A stretch of 64,000 nucleotides of DNA from positions 3,392,001 through 3,456,000 of the forward strand of contig OZ244653.1 of the NCBI GenBank assembly GCA_965218795.1. Direction: 5' to 3'. Positions 47,990 to 61,860 of this stretch are shown piece by piece (position 1 is the first letter of the stretch; the number at the start of each line of letters is the position of its first letter). The DNA is from a bacterium. Lineage in GTDB: Bacteria > UBA8248 > JACPRG01 > G963555815. The notes under the pieces were generated by a model that saw only the letters and a list, made by a program, of their open reading frames with translations, had not been told where the DNA came from and did no database searches. The translations under genes were made by a program, and so were the position numbers.

Positions 47990-48709
47990 ATGAAAGGCGT
48001 CACGATTGTCGATCTATCGCAGCCTATCTACCAGGGGATGCCGGTCTATCCCGGCCACGTGAAAACCGTCATTTTCACCAATCCCACCCACGACGAAACC
48101 CGGAGAATGAAAAAGGATTTCTCCTACGAATGCCGCGGCATCCTGATGAGCGATCACGGCCCGACGCATCTGGATGCCATCAACCACCTGACGCCGGATC
48201 CCAGCGCCGCCTCCATCGATCAAATTCCCCTGGAGACCTTCCTCACGCCGGCCATCTGCCTGGATGTCTCGCATGTGGGCTCGCAGGCCGCCATCACGAA
48301 GTCCGACCTGGAAGAAGCTCTCAAGAAACACAACCTGACCATCGAGCAAGGAGACACAGTCCTTCTCTGGACGGGTCACTACGACCGGAATTACGGGAAA
48401 AATGAAAATATCGAGTGGCTCTACGAATATCCCGGCCTGGACCGGGAGGCCACCGAGTGGCTTCACGACCAGGGGTGCGTCAACATCGGCGTGGACGCCC
48501 CGAGCATCGATAACTTCAAGGACACGACCTATCCCGCCCACCACGTCTGCCTGGAGCGGAAGATGATCAACACCGAGAACCTCTGCAATCTTGACCAGGT
48601 GGCGGGTAAGCGGTTTGTCTTCAGTGGGCTCCCGCTGAAGATCATCGAGGGGACCGGGTCGCCCATCCGGGCGGTGGCCCTGCTCTTCAATGGGGAATTC
48701 GGTCAGTAA
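47990..48709 (+). CDS. Cyclase/KynB-family metal hydrolase
   Basis: IVDLSQPI, HGPTHLDA..H and GTGSPIRAVA; RBS GGAGG. Confidence 0.9.
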   Translation: MKGVTIVDLSQPIYQGMPVYPGHVKTVIFTNPTHDETRRMKKDFSYECRGILMSDHGPTHLDAINHLTPDPSAASIDQIPLETFLTPAICLDVSHVGSQAAITKSDLEEALKKHNLTIEQGDTVLLWTGHYDRNYGKNENIEWLYEYPGLDREATEWLHDQGCVNIGVDAPSIDNFKDTTYPAHHVCLERKMINTENLCNLDQVAGKRFVFSGLPLKIIEGTGSPIRAVALLFNGEFGQ

Positions 48710-48822
48710 CAGCGCGGTCTGAGATACGGGATGCCGCCACGGCCCTGGTCATCCGCCAGGGCTGCGGTCCCGCTTGCAGCCGGAAATTCAACAGAAGGTC
48801 GAATGCAAACGGAGTCAATCTG

Positions 48823-49980
48823 ATGGACGTTGCGAGGATGCGCTTTTCCAATCGGGTCTGGTTCGGACCCGGATGTACGGAGAGGCTCGAGGAGGAATCC
48901 AAGACACTCGGGGCCAAACGCGCCCTGGTCATCTCCGATGAAGGGATCAAGAACGCCGGCCTCCTCGAACGCGCCCTGGACCCGCTCCAAGGCGCCGGTG
49001 CGGAGGTGGAAGTCTATACCGATGTCACTCCCGAGCCTCCCATCGAGGATCTGGAGAAGTGCTTCGAGGCCTACCGGAAGGAGAATTTCGATCTGGTCGT
49101 CGGTGTCGGGGGCGGAAGCCCGCTCGACGTGGCGAAATCGATGAGCGTCCTCCTGGCGAACGGCGGAGAGGTTCGCGACTACCTGGGCATCGACCTCGTC
49201 CCCAACCCGGGCCTGCCCTCCATCCTCATACCGACCACCGCCGGAACAGGCGCTGAGGCGACGCCCAACGCAATCTTTTCCATCGAAGAGGAAAAGGTCA
49301 AAAAGGCTATCGTCAGCTCGCACATCATCGCGAACGTCGCCGTACTGGACCCGGAACTCACGTTGGGCCTGCCGCCCGCGCAGACCGCGGCCTCCGGAGT
49401 CGATGCCCTCACCCACTGTCTGGAAACTTACGTCGCCCTCAATGCGACGCCTATCTCGGAGATGTTCTCCATAGAGGGGATGCGCCTCATCGCGGGCAGC
49501 ATCCGCCGGGCCGTCCACAACGGAAAAGACCTCCAGGCGCGGGCCGATATGCTGCTCGGAAGTTATTACGGCGGGGTCTGTCTCGCCGGGGCCAGCGCCG
49601 GAGCGATCCATGCACTCTCGTATCCGCTGGGCGGCCGGTACCACGTTCCCCACGGCGTCAGCAACGCGATGCTCTTCCCCCACGTGATGGAGTTCAACTT
49701 CCTCGGGAACCTGGAAAAGTTCGCCGGCATCGCGGAATTTCTGGGCGAGGAAGTGGATGGACTTTCGCTGAGGGAAGCGGCGGAGACCTCGGTCGACGCG
49801 GTCCGAACGCTCTGCGAGGATGTAAACATCCCCACGACGCTCAAGGAACTGGATATCGACGCTTCGGCGATCCCGGAGTTGGCTGAGGCCGCTTCGCTGA
49901 TCACGCGGATCCTCGATTTCAACCCCCGCCGAATGACGAAGGACGATATCATCCGGGTCTACGAACGCGCCGCGGAATAG
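48823..49980 (+). CDS. Iron-containing alcohol dehydrogenase
   Basis: GGGSPLDVAK, PTTAGTGAE, DALTH and HALSY...PHG. Confidence 0.94.
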   Translation: MDVARMRFSNRVWFGPGCTERLEEESKTLGAKRALVISDEGIKNAGLLERALDPLQGAGAEVEVYTDVTPEPPIEDLEKCFEAYRKENFDLVVGVGGGSPLDVAKSMSVLLANGGEVRDYLGIDLVPNPGLPSILIPTTAGTGAEATPNAIFSIEEEKVKKAIVSSHIIANVAVLDPELTLGLPPAQTAASGVDALTHCLETYVALNATPISEMFSIEGMRLIAGSIRRAVHNGKDLQARADMLLGSYYGGVCLAGASAGAIHALSYPLGGRYHVPHGVSNAMLFPHVMEFNFLGNLEKFAGIAEFLGEEVDGLSLREAAETSVDAVRTLCEDVNIPTTLKELDIDASAIPELAEAASLITRILDFNPRRMTKDDIIRVYERAAE

Positions 49981-49992
49981 GGGCGAACATTT

Positions 49993-50193
49993 GGGGGGCC
50001 TTTTTGAAAACCGGCCCCCCAAACCCCCTGGAAAACTTTTATTTCGCGCCGAAGGGGTGTCCGATGGACACCCCTTCGGCGCAGTATCGTAACAAAAAAC
50101 CCTTATTCACAATCGATTGATCACGTTTCCATGGCCGCAGAAAGTTTTTTGAGGAGGTCAGGAGGACATTTTTTAAAAAATCGTCCTCCTGGG
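49993..50193. repeat. Intergenic palindromic REP-like elements and a perfect hairpin between convergent genes
   Basis: GGGGGGCC..GGCCCCCC..GAAAACTTTT and its inverted relative AAAGTTTTTT..GGAGGAC..GTCCTCC; hairpin GCGCCGAAGGGGTGTCC-GAT-GGACACCCCTTCGGCGC. Confidence 0.65.
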
Positions 50194-50226
50194 AGCTTTC
50201 TTTCACCCCTTCCGGCCGAATTTGAA

Positions 50227-50877
50227 TCACTTCCTTTTCCCGGACGGTCGGAGCGTTTCCTCGCCTTCGACGAGGCAGACCATCTCCCGGGCGCGGGTTC
50301 CCGGATCGGCGTCAGCGAACACGTAGGAAATCAGCGCCACTCCGTAGGCCCCGGCATCCAGGGCGCCGGGGGCGTTTTCCGGGGTGATTCCCCCGAGGGC
50401 ATACACCGGGATATCCGATTCAGAGCAGGCGTATCGCAAACCCTCCAGCCCCAGGATCGGGGCCGTGAACTCCTTGCGGGTCGGGAAGACCGGGCTCAGC
50501 GTTACGAAGCTCGCTCCGAGGCGGCTGGCCATATTCGCTTCTTCCGCGGTATGGGCTGAATAACCGATCAGCGCCTTCTCGCCGAGAATTTCTCGAGCTT
50601 CACGCAAAGGGACGCCGCGGCTTCCCAGGTGCGCGCCATCCGCCCCGATTGCGGCCGCCACGTCCACTCGATCGTTGATCAGAAACTTTGCGTCAAATTG
50701 CTTCGCGAGCTCTTTGACGGATCCGGCCAGATTGTACAGCGGTCCGCCCGGCATTTCTTTTTCACGAATCTGGAGTAAACGAACGCCTGCCTGAAAAGAT
50801 GCTTCGATGGACGCCAACAGATCGCCGCCGGGAACCAGCCTTCGATCTGTAATCAGGTAGAAACGGGGCAAATCCAT
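50227..50877 (-). CDS. thiE: Thiamine-phosphate synthase (ThiE/TenI family)
   Basis: QIREK, LINDRVD, GAHL, SPVFPT and ALGGIT; downstream of thiG. Confidence 0.85.
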   Translation of the reverse strand: MDLPRFYLITDRRLVPGGDLLASIEASFQAGVRLLQIREKEMPGGPLYNLAGSVKELAKQFDAKFLINDRVDVAAAIGADGAHLGSRGVPLREAREILGEKALIGYSAHTAEEANMASRLGASFVTLSPVFPTRKEFTAPILGLEGLRYACSESDIPVYALGGITPENAPGALDAGAYGVALISYVFADADPGTRAREMVCLVEGEETLRPSGKRK

Positions 50878-51144
50878 AGAAGTTCTCGAGAAGGTCAACA
50901 GATGGATTCATTTTATCAGGGTTTGCGATCGAGGTAGACAAGAGGAATCTTGGGAAATTCTTTTCAGGGGGACCTTCCGTTTTCGAAATCCAGAGTCTCT
51001 GCTTGTTGACAGCGAGGGCGTTGGGACCGAAGCCTTTCTCTTGGTCGGCGCCGCAGCCGGGCTGAACGATCAAATCGTAAATCATTAACTCTTGCGCCCG
51101 GCGAGAACGAAGCAGGCCGTGCCTGCCCCCGCAAATTGTCTGCT

Positions 51145-51924
51145 CTAAGCCCGAACGACGCCTTCCAGAGGGCTGGAGGCCGTGGCGTAGAGCTTTTTCG
51201 GGATCCGTCCGGCCTCATAGGCCAGGCGGCCCGCCTCGATGGCCAGCTTCATGGCCTCGGCCATCCTCACGGGGTCCTGGGCGCCGGCGATTGCCGAGTT
51301 CATGAGGACCGCCGTACATCCCATCTCCATCGCAACCGAGGCGTCGGAGGCGGTGCCCACGCCCGCATCCACGATGACCGGCACGTTGGCGTTCTCAAGG
51401 ATGATCCGAATATTATAGGGATTGCGGATCCCCAGTCCCGATCCGATGGGCGCTGCCAGCGGCATCACCGCGGCACAGCCGACATCTTCCAGCTTCTTGC
51501 AGACAATGGGGTCGTCGGTGCAGTAGGGGAGCACGACGAATCCCTCCCCCACGAGTATCTTCGAGGCTTCCACGGTTTTCTCGTTGTCCGGGAAGAGGGT
51601 TTTTTCGTCGCCGATCACCTCCAGCTTGATCATGTCCAAATCCAGGAGCTCCCGGGCAAGTCGGCAGGTCATCACCGCGTCATCGACCGTATAGCAACCG
51701 GCGCTGTTGGGGAGGATTGTGTACTTCTTCGGGTCGATGAAATCCAGCAGGCTCTCGCCCTTGGCCGCGTCCAGGTTGACGCGGCGCACGGCAACCGTGA
51801 TGATCTCGGCCCCGCTCGCTTCAGTGGCCAGCCGGGTTTCCTCAAAGGACTTGTACTTGCCGCTTCCCACGATCAGCCTGGAGGTGTAACCCTTCCCGCC
51901 CAGCTCATAGGTGGATGTCATCAC
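51145..51924 (-). CDS. thiG: Thiazole synthase
   Basis: [30 protein letters not shown] and VDAGVG. Confidence 0.97.
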   Translation of the reverse strand: MMTSTYELGGKGYTSRLIVGSGKYKSFEETRLATEASGAEIITVAVRRVNLDAAKGESLLDFIDPKKYTILPNSAGCYTVDDAVMTCRLARELLDLDMIKLEVIGDEKTLFPDNEKTVEASKILVGEGFVVLPYCTDDPIVCKKLEDVGCAAVMPLAAPIGSGLGIRNPYNIRIILENANVPVIVDAGVGTASDASVAMEMGCTAVLMNSAIAGAQDPVRMAEAMKLAIEAGRLAYEAGRIPKKLYATASSPLEGVVRA

Positions 51925-51996
51925 GGATTCCTCCTCGCTGATATGGTTCGCCCGGCGGGGTGAACTCCCACGTCGTTTCGTTGCGGGCAATTCGCG

Positions 51997-52224
51997 TCAA
52001 GCGGTCCCACCCCCGATGGCGTGCACAATCTCGATACTGTCTCCGGCCTCTATGCGGACGGATTCATAACCGGATTTGGGTACGATTTCCGAATTGCGGG
52101 CCACAGCCACCTGTTCCCCCCCCATCTCCAGATGGTCCAACAGGCCCTGAACCGTAAGGCCCGCGGGGATCTCCCGGGTGTCCCCATTCAATGTGATGGA
52201 GATGCCACCGCCTGCCTCGGTCAT
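51997..52224 (-). CDS. thiS: Sulfur carrier protein ThiS with C-terminal extension (GGGTA)
   Basis: ITLNG...VAVARN.EIVPK...GDSIEIVHAIGGG. Confidence 0.93.
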   Translation of the reverse strand: MTEAGGGISITLNGDTREIPAGLTVQGLLDHLEMGGEQVAVARNSEIVPKSGYESVRIEAGDSIEIVHAIGGGTA

Positions 52225-52302
52225 GAAAAAAACCGCCTGTCCGCAGGGGACATGCGGCTGAATCGGGGCTTGCTCAGGGGTGATGGAAACATTGCCCGTT
52301 TC

Positions 52303-52393
52303 AACCGCTTCCCTCCGCGGGATTTACCCCGATCAGGTTCCAAGGGTTATCGGCGTCTCCCGGCCGACTCTCAGTATTCCACCCCTAGCGGTT
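52303..52393 (-). promoter_or_regulatory. TPP riboswitch
   Basis: Minus strand AACCGCUAGGGG...CUGAGA...ACCCUUGGAACCUGAUCGGGGUAAAUCCCGCGGAGGGAAGCGGUU, upstream of thiSGE. Confidence 0.93.
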
Positions 52394-52599
52394 ATCCAGA
52401 TCAATATAAGCGGAAGCGGAAACAGCCGCAAGAACAAGGTTCAAGAACAGGGTTGCAGTTGAAATCCTGCTTTCCCCTCGACCAGAGCCGAATCAGATGA
52501 TTTTTCATCAATCCGTGGCGGAGAAAATTCTTCAGGCTGTATATTGATAAAGGAATTCCACTCCTCTCCCATGCGAAACCGGCGCGTCAAACCCTAGAC

Positions 52600-52993
52600 G
52601 AAGTTCAGGGAACCGGTCTCCTTCGAGGAACAAGCCAAGAGCGCTTGCAGGGATTCATCCGGCATCGGGTTGCGAAGGGCTCTACGGTTTACACGGACGA
52701 TCATGGCGGGTATTCTGAGCTTTGGATGGATTTCAGGCATGAAGCCGTCCGACACAGCCGAGAATTCGTTCGCGATCAAGCTCACGCCAATGGGATCGAG
52801 TCTTTCCGGGCAATGCGCAAGAGCGGTGACTACGGCGCTTATCACCGCATGAGCGAGAAACACTTGAACCGCTGCGTCACGAAGTTCGCGGGGGCGGCGC
52901 AATATCCGCAATCGGGACACTGCCACACAGATAGCCTCAATTGTCAAAGGCATGATCGGCAAGCGGCTCCGCTATCGGGATTTGGCGGCGTGA
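52600..52993 (+). pseudogene. IS1595-family transposase remnant (C-terminal half)
   Basis: GSTVYTDD..GY, H..V.H, HANGIESF, YHRMSEKHL; frameshifted tail GMIGKRLRYRDL. The 5' limit is approximate. Confidence 0.85.
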
Positions 52994-53022
52994 GTATCCT
53001 AAGCCCGCAGGAGGGTCACGGA

Positions 53023-53903
53023 ATGGGAGGGAGGGAGCAAGCGGTTCCTGCGGTGAATGCCACGGGAACGGGGCGTCGTATTGCCCGTCGAAGTTCGGTT
53101 CGTCGTTCTAAACGGTTGATTGCGTTTGGTTGGTACGGCGGAAAATTCAGCCATCTGGATTTTATCCTTCCCCATATCCCGCCCGACGCCTTGCATTTTT
53201 GCGATGTCTATGGGGGGTCCGCTGCGGTTCTTTTGAATCTTCCTCCGTACCCCGTCGAAACCTACAACGACCTCGATTCAGAGTTGGTGAACTTCTTCCA
53301 TACGCTTCGCAATCAAGGCGCGAAGCTCATGAAAGCGATCAGCTTGACTCCGTTTTCACGGGAAGAGTTAGTGCGGGCCTGTGAGCCGGAGGAAGGATTA
53401 TCCCGGCTGGAGCGCGCCCGACGCTTCTATGTCCGCGCCCGCCAAACACGGACGGGGCTTGCCCAGAAAAGCAGCCGCGGGCGTTGGGCGCATTGCGTAC
53501 TCACGTCACGTGCTGGAATGGCCGGCGCGGTGTCCCGGTGGCTCGGGTCCGTAGAGGGGCTTCCAGAAGTAGTCCAGCGGCTCCAGCGCATCCAGATCGA
53601 GAATGCTCCTGCTCTTGACGTCATCCGCCGATACGATACGGCAGAAACCGTCTTTTACCTTGATCCGTCCACTCCGTGCGCGGAGATTCAGCAGCGTATG
53701 GCTATGAAATGACCGATGCGGACCACGAAGAACTCGCCGACACCCTTCAAGGCGTTCGGGGGCGGATCATTCTTTCCGGCTATGGAACGCCGCTCTATGA
53801 TCGCTTGTACAAGGGCTGGAGACGTGTCGATGCTTCTGTTCGGATTTGTCATTCGGTACGGAAATCCCGCCAAGAGTCGCTGTGGATGAACTTCGGGCCA
53901 TGA
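53023..53903 (+). pseudogene. Dam/D12-class DNA adenine methyltransferase, frameshifted at the DPPY motif
   Basis: WYGGK, YGGSAAV, NDLD; YLDP then a frame change into (V)HSVRGDSAAYGYEM.D.DH..L...LSGY...ESLWMN. Confidence 0.85.
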
Positions 53904-54020
53904 ACAACGCTGAGGCCCGTCAATAGCAACACCTCAAGCCTCAGAAAGAAAAAGAAGGTCATTGTAGTAAAAAGGATTGGTTACTTCCGTACATAGATTA
54001 TCCCTGGAGAAATCACATCC

Positions 54021-54983
54021 TCAAATCCCCCAATCCCTTGCGTAGCGGAAGTCACGGTCGATCGTGCGGGCGGACACTTTGGCGATGACGGGCAGGCGGC
54101 GCTTATACTGATTCAACCGCACCAGGCGGTCCACGCGGTCGATGAAGGCGGGGTCAAATCCCTTCTCGATCAGTTCCTCCCTCGAGCAACGCAGATCCAC
54201 CAGGTGATACAGCAGCACGTCCACGTCGGCGTACTTGAAGCCCAAGTCGTCCTCGTCCGTCTGGCCCATCACCAAATCCGCGCTGGCGGCTTTGCCGACG
54301 ATCTCCTCCGGAACGCCCATGTGAGTCGCCATCTGCCAGACTTGCGTCTTGTAGAGATCGCCCAATGGGTTCAAGGCATGCGCCATGTCGCCGTAGAGCG
54401 TCCCATACCCGAGCAACAACTCCGATTTATTGCTCGTTCCGAGGACCAGCGCGTTGAGCGCTGCGGACTGGTCGTACAGGATTGTCATCCGCTCCCGGGC
54501 CATCTTGTTGCCCTTTCGCATGTTGTCGATGCCAGGAACCTTCTCGAAGTAGGCATCCACCATTTCAGAGATGTCGACGGTCATGGACCGGATACGGGTC
54601 TTCTTCACAATCAGCCGCCCGTGCTGAACGCTCTCCGGGTTGCTCAGCCGATAAGGCATGATGATGCCCGTCACGTTTTCCCGGCCCAGGGCCCTTTTGG
54701 CCAGATAGGCGCATAGCGCGGAATCAACTCCGCCCGACAGCCCGATGACCACGCGGGTGAATCCCGTTTTCGTCACGACGTTTTCGATAAAACCGATGAG
54801 CAGTTTCTCGACGAGCTTGACGTTGATCTCGAGCTCCGGGATCGGCGGGACGTGATTCGGATTCGCAATCCGCGTCGAACGCCGGGTCCCGTTGCCCGAT
54901 GACCGGGAAGCCGCCGATGACTTCTTTCTTTTTGCCGGGGATTGATGCGCCATTTCCTTGTCCGATCGTTTATTGACCGCCAT
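54021..54983 (-). CDS. nadE: NAD+ synthetase (synthetase domain)
   Basis: [31 protein letters not shown] and DLYKTQV. Confidence 0.95.
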   Translation of the reverse strand: MAVNKRSDKEMAHQSPAKRKKSSAASRSSGNGTRRSTRIANPNHVPPIPELEINVKLVEKLLIGFIENVVTKTGFTRVVIGLSGGVDSALCAYLAKRALGRENVTGIIMPYRLSNPESVQHGRLIVKKTRIRSMTVDISEMVDAYFEKVPGIDNMRKGNKMARERMTILYDQSAALNALVLGTSNKSELLLGYGTLYGDMAHALNPLGDLYKTQVWQMATHMGVPEEIVGKAASADLVMGQTDEDDLGFKYADVDVLLYHLVDLRCSREELIEKGFDPAFIDRVDRLVRLNQYKRRLPVIAKVSARTIDRDFRYARDWGI

Positions 54984-55851
54984 TTCCTTCCACCGATCGT
55001 CCGTCTTCGCGAAGGCCTCGCTGGTATAAAAGTTCCTGGATGGTGAGATTCATATCTTCATCTCCAAGAATGGGCGAAGCGACACGGGCCCGCCGGACTT
55101 CTTCCAAATCCAACGTTGTCTCAATCAGCGCCTCGTCCAGATAAGGGCCTTTCAGGATCCGCTTACCGCTGGGATTCACGACCTCCGAGCCGCCCCAGAA
55201 ATTGATGCCGTCCTCATAGCCCACCCGGTTGACGAACACGCAAAATTGCATGTACAAGGTCGCATACACCCGGACCATGCTCTCCCAGGTCTCGCTGATT
55301 TGGAGCTTGGCGCCCTTCTGCACCCCCCGGCCCGGACTGGAAGCAGGAATGAGAAGGATATGGGATCCGGCCTGGGATGCGAGATAGACCGTGGACGGGT
55401 GCCAGGCATCTTCACAAACAAGCATGGCCATCCGGCCGAAACGGGTCTCGAAAGCCCTCACCTGCGTTCCGCGGGAGAGGTACCGCTCCTCGTCGAAAAT
55501 TCCATAGGTCGGCAGATACACCTTCCGGTGGACGTGGAGGATTTCCCCCTTCTCGATATAGAGAACCGAGTTGTAAAAGAAATGTTCGGGCGATTCTTCG
55601 ACCATCCCCACGACAATGGAGAGCTTTCTGCTCGCCCGTCGAATTTCCCGGACCAGCCTGGAGTCGAGCCGTTGAGCTACGGTGGGGACCATGTCCTTCA
55701 GGAAATAACCCGTCAAGCCGAGCTCCGGGAAGACGAGAAGTTCCGTCCCGTTGTCCGCGGCCTCCTTCACCGTTTTTCGAAAGATCTCAACGTTTTGGTC
55801 CAGGTTGCCGAGCGTGGGATTGATTTGAGCGATACCCAGTTTCAGTTTCAT
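54970..55851 (-). CDS. Nitrilase-fold glutaminase partner of NadE
   Basis: Glu-Lys-Cys triad: [23 protein letters not shown] and VCEDAW. Confidence 0.9.
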   Translation of the reverse strand: MKLKLGIAQINPTLGNLDQNVEIFRKTVKEAADNGTELLVFPELGLTGYFLKDMVPTVAQRLDSRLVREIRRASRKLSIVVGMVEESPEHFFYNSVLYIEKGEILHVHRKVYLPTYGIFDEERYLSRGTQVRAFETRFGRMAMLVCEDAWHPSTVYLASQAGSHILLIPASSPGRGVQKGAKLQISETWESMVRVYATLYMQFCVFVNRVGYEDGINFWGGSEVVNPSGKRILKGPYLDEALIETTLDLEEVRRARVASPILGDEDMNLTIQELLYQRGLREDGRSVEGNGGQ

Positions 55852-56681
55852 AACCTTTCAGCCGATGGCCTGCCGGCGGCTGCCCTGTCTTCCCGCAGAT
55901 TGATGCCGAAGCGTTCGTAGATCATCCGAGCCTCTTCAGTGTACATTCCGGGCTCTTCGTAAACAATCAAGGGCGGGTGGACCGCCGCCGCAAGTTCCGC
56001 GTCTCCCATTGGATGGACGGCTTCCGCCAAAATGGTTGTGGGGGGCCGGTTTTCCATCGGATGCACCCGCCGGAGGCGCGTCAGTTGGAAATCCGCCGAT
56101 TGAGCCGCCTGAATCACCTCGGTTTCCCGTTCCGCAAGATGGCAAAAGATCAAAAAGCCGCCCGGACGGATCATGTGAGCAACGGCCCCGAGCCAAGCGT
56201 CCAGGGGAAGGGACACTTCGTGCCTTGACATGGCCCGGTCGAAGTCCGGACTCAGCCGGCCCGTTCCCGCCTTGCGGTAAGGGGGATTGATAACGGCTCC
56301 GTCAAACCAGCCTCCCCTGGACCAAAGGTCCGCCCGCCGCACATCAGCCAGGACAAAACCGGCCCGTTCCGTCAGACGGCTGTTCCGCGCGTTTGCGACC
56401 GCGACCGCAAGGGAGCCTTCCCGAAGGTCAAATCCAAAGACGCGGAGCGCGGCGCAGCGATATGCGAGAAGCAGGGCTACGACTCCGGTGCCGGTGCCCA
56501 GGTCGGCCACCAGCGGCCCGGTGTTCTCCGCGGGGGAAAGCGAATCCTTCCACTCCCAACGTTCGGATGCAAAATCAGCGAGAAGGAAAGCGTCTGCATT
56601 GTAACGGCCCCCGCGAGGGCCCGGATCGAGAGAGATCGGTATTCGGGGGGAAAGGGTCGCGATGGGCGGTTGCGGCCTCAC
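55848..56681 (-). CDS. tRNA1(Val) A37 N6-methyltransferase (TrmN6)-like
   Basis: DAFLLADF, DLGTGTG, NPPY and SRHE. Confidence 0.8.
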   Translation of the reverse strand: MRPQPPIATLSPRIPISLDPGPRGGRYNADAFLLADFASERWEWKDSLSPAENTGPLVADLGTGTGVVALLLAYRCAALRVFGFDLREGSLAVAVANARNSRLTERAGFVLADVRRADLWSRGGWFDGAVINPPYRKAGTGRLSPDFDRAMSRHEVSLPLDAWLGAVAHMIRPGGFLIFCHLAERETEVIQAAQSADFQLTRLRRVHPMENRPPTTILAEAVHPMGDAELAAAVHPPLIVYEEPGMYTEEARMIYERFGINLREDRAAAGRPSAERL

Positions 56682-56795
56682 GAGACACGGCTCAGGTTGA
56701 ACCTTCGATTCGGCGGCATGGCGGGATGATAACGCGATGGGTCTTGACCCAAGGGGAATTTGGCCGGCTGCGTCTCCACCCTTTGGCGGGGGGCG

Positions 56796-57209
56796 TTACT
56801 GCTTTCCGGCAACCTGGAGGCGGAGGGTGGCCCGCATCAGCGCGCCCATAGCGCGGGTGGCGTCGATCGCCTCCTCGCCCCGGGTCAGACGCTCCATGGC
56901 GCGCTTGCGCGCGGCCTCGGCGCGATCGACGTCGATCTCCTCGACCTTTTCCGCCGTCTCGGCCAGGATGGTCACCTTTTCAGGGCCGACTTCCGCGTAG
57001 CCCCAGGTCACCGCCAGCCCACGGGTTTCGCCGTTCATCTTGTAGGCCAAACGACCGACGCCCAGACTGGTGAGCATGGGGGTATGGCCCGGAAGAACGC
57101 CGAACTCACCCAAGGCCCCGGGCGCGGTAACCATGTCGACGTCTTCGCTGACGACAACCCGCTCAGGGGTGACGATTTCCAATCGGATCTTGCTCGGCAG
57201 ATCCGCCAT
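56796..57209 (-). CDS. atpC: F1 ATP synthase epsilon subunit
   Basis: LEIVTPE, GEFGVLPGHTP and ILAETAE..EEID. Confidence 0.95.
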   Translation of the reverse strand: MADLPSKIRLEIVTPERVVVSEDVDMVTAPGALGEFGVLPGHTPMLTSLGVGRLAYKMNGETRGLAVTWGYAEVGPEKVTILAETAEKVEEIDVDRAEAARKRAMERLTRGEEAIDATRAMGALMRATLRLQVAGKQ

Positions 57210-57256
57210 GTGCTTCTCCGATTCGCCGGTGGCGACCTCGGTGGATCCCCGCAGTC

Positions 57257-58711
<1,455 letters not shown>

Positions 58712-58782
58712 TCAACAACCCGGCCCGGCGATTCATCTTGATGAAGACAAGTCAACGGAGCCGGCGGGTCTCCATCCGTCCC

Positions 58783-59682
58783 TTACCCGGATAAAGCATC
58801 CGCCCCGCTGACGACCTCAATGAGCTCCGTCGTAATCTTCGCCTGACGCTGGCGGTTGAAGAGAAGGGTCAGGCTGCCGATCATTTCCTTCGCGTTGTTC
58901 GACGCATTATCCATCGCCGTCATGCGCGCGCCGTGCTCGCTGGCATCGGCATCCAGGATGACCCGGTACATCTGCGTATAGAGATGCCGATCGATCAGTT
59001 TCTCCAGAACGGCCTCGGGCGACGGCTCATAGATGAAATCCGGCTCGAATCCCGTTTCTCCTTCCTCTTCTTCCACAACCGGGGGCTTGATGGGTAGCAA
59101 CGTCTCGACCGTTACGCGCTGAATCAGGGTGGACCGGAACCGGTTATAAACCAGAATCACCTCATCCGCCCGGCCTTCGGTGAACTCCTCGACAAAGTAT
59201 TCTCCGAGCGCCTTGGCCAGGTCATAGTCCATCCTGCCGAAATTTCCGATGAACTCCTTCTCGATGGGATAGCCCCGGTAGTGGCAGATATCACGGCCCT
59301 TCTTTCCGATGGGCGCCACCGCCAGGAATGGAGTCTCCTCCGAGGCGTCCTCCTCCGATATCGCGCCGTCCTGTATCAGCTCGGCCAGGCCTCGGATGAT
59401 ATTGGTGTTGTAGACCCCGCACAGCCCCTTGTCGGAAGTGATGGGCACCAGGAGACGGCGCTTGACCGGCCGCCTTTCCATCAGCGGGTGGGACAGATGC
59501 TCGGACCGTTTCGCCAGGCTCTGCAGCACCTCATTGAGCTTGTCGGCGAAGGGACGCGCCGCCGTGATGCGGTCCTGAGCCCGGCGCAGCTTGGCCGCGG
59601 CCACCAGCTTCATGGCGCGAGTGATTTTTTCCGTATTTTTGACGCTGCCAATGCGCCGCTTGATCTGTCTCAGGCTTGCCAT
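58783..59682 (-). CDS. atpG: F1 ATP synthase gamma subunit
   Basis: KITRAMKLVAAAK, DKGLCG, SEHGARM.AM and RQAKITTEL. Confidence 0.97.
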   Translation of the reverse strand: MASLRQIKRRIGSVKNTEKITRAMKLVAAAKLRRAQDRITAARPFADKLNEVLQSLAKRSEHLSHPLMERRPVKRRLLVPITSDKGLCGVYNTNIIRGLAELIQDGAISEEDASEETPFLAVAPIGKKGRDICHYRGYPIEKEFIGNFGRMDYDLAKALGEYFVEEFTEGRADEVILVYNRFRSTLIQRVTVETLLPIKPPVVEEEEGETGFEPDFIYEPSPEAVLEKLIDRHLYTQMYRVILDADASEHGARMTAMDNASNNAKEMIGSLTLLFNRQRQAKITTELIEVVSGADALSG

Positions 59683-59697
59683 GCGCAGATCATCCCT

Positions 59698-61314
<1,617 letters not shown>

Positions 61315-61860
61315 TCAGACTCTGCCAACCAGCCTTTCCCGAAGGGTCTCCAAATGATTTCGGACGCTCCCGTCCCAGGTCGAGCTCCCCAGCCGGGCCC
61401 GGATCCCTCCCAGAAGCGATCTGTCCGTCTCGATCTCAAGGACGACGTTTTTTCCCGTCGCGGCGGAAAGCCGGGCTCGAAGCGCCTCTTCTTCCGCGGC
61501 CGAAAGGACGAAGGCCGATCGGATCTCCGCGCGAATTCGGTTGTTCAGTTCGTCGGCGAATTCCCGGTACGACGCGGAAATCGCCTCGATGTAGCGGGCC
61601 CTGTCCTTGTCCAGGAGCAACTGGAGAAATCTCGAAGACAGATCACTCATCCCCCCGCGCCGGATAATCTCCATCAGGATGCCGCGTTTGACCTCTTTCA
61701 CGATGCCCGGGCTGAACATGAGGTTCCGCAACTCGGCGCTTGATTCGAATTGGGCCGCCATCCCGGCAATCTCATCTCCCACCTGATCGACCCGCCCCTC
61801 TTGCCGGGCCAGCTCGATCAGGGCCTTGGCGTAACGGCGGGAGACAGCCTGGCCGGTCAA
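61315..61860 (-). CDS. atpH: F1 ATP synthase delta subunit
   Basis: RRYAKAL and D.SLLGG....G...WDGS. Confidence 0.93.
   Translation of the reverse strand: MTGQAVSRRYAKALIELARQEGRVDQVGDEIAGMAAQFESSAELRNLMFSPGIVKEVKRGILMEIIRRGGMSDLSSRFLQLLLDKDRARYIEAISASYREFADELNNRIRAEIRSAFVLSAAEEEALRARLSAATGKNVVLEIETDRSLLGGIRARLGSSTWDGSVRNHLETLRERLVGRV

Noticed and set aside
52645-53712. Apparent transposase-methylase fusion ORF (355 aa)
   Set aside because: It arises from a frameshift in the decayed transposase; the methylase has its own RBS and ATG at 53023.
54021-55851. Split glutamine-dependent NAD synthetase as a novelty
   Set aside because: The two-gene arrangement is already known (for example in Thermus).
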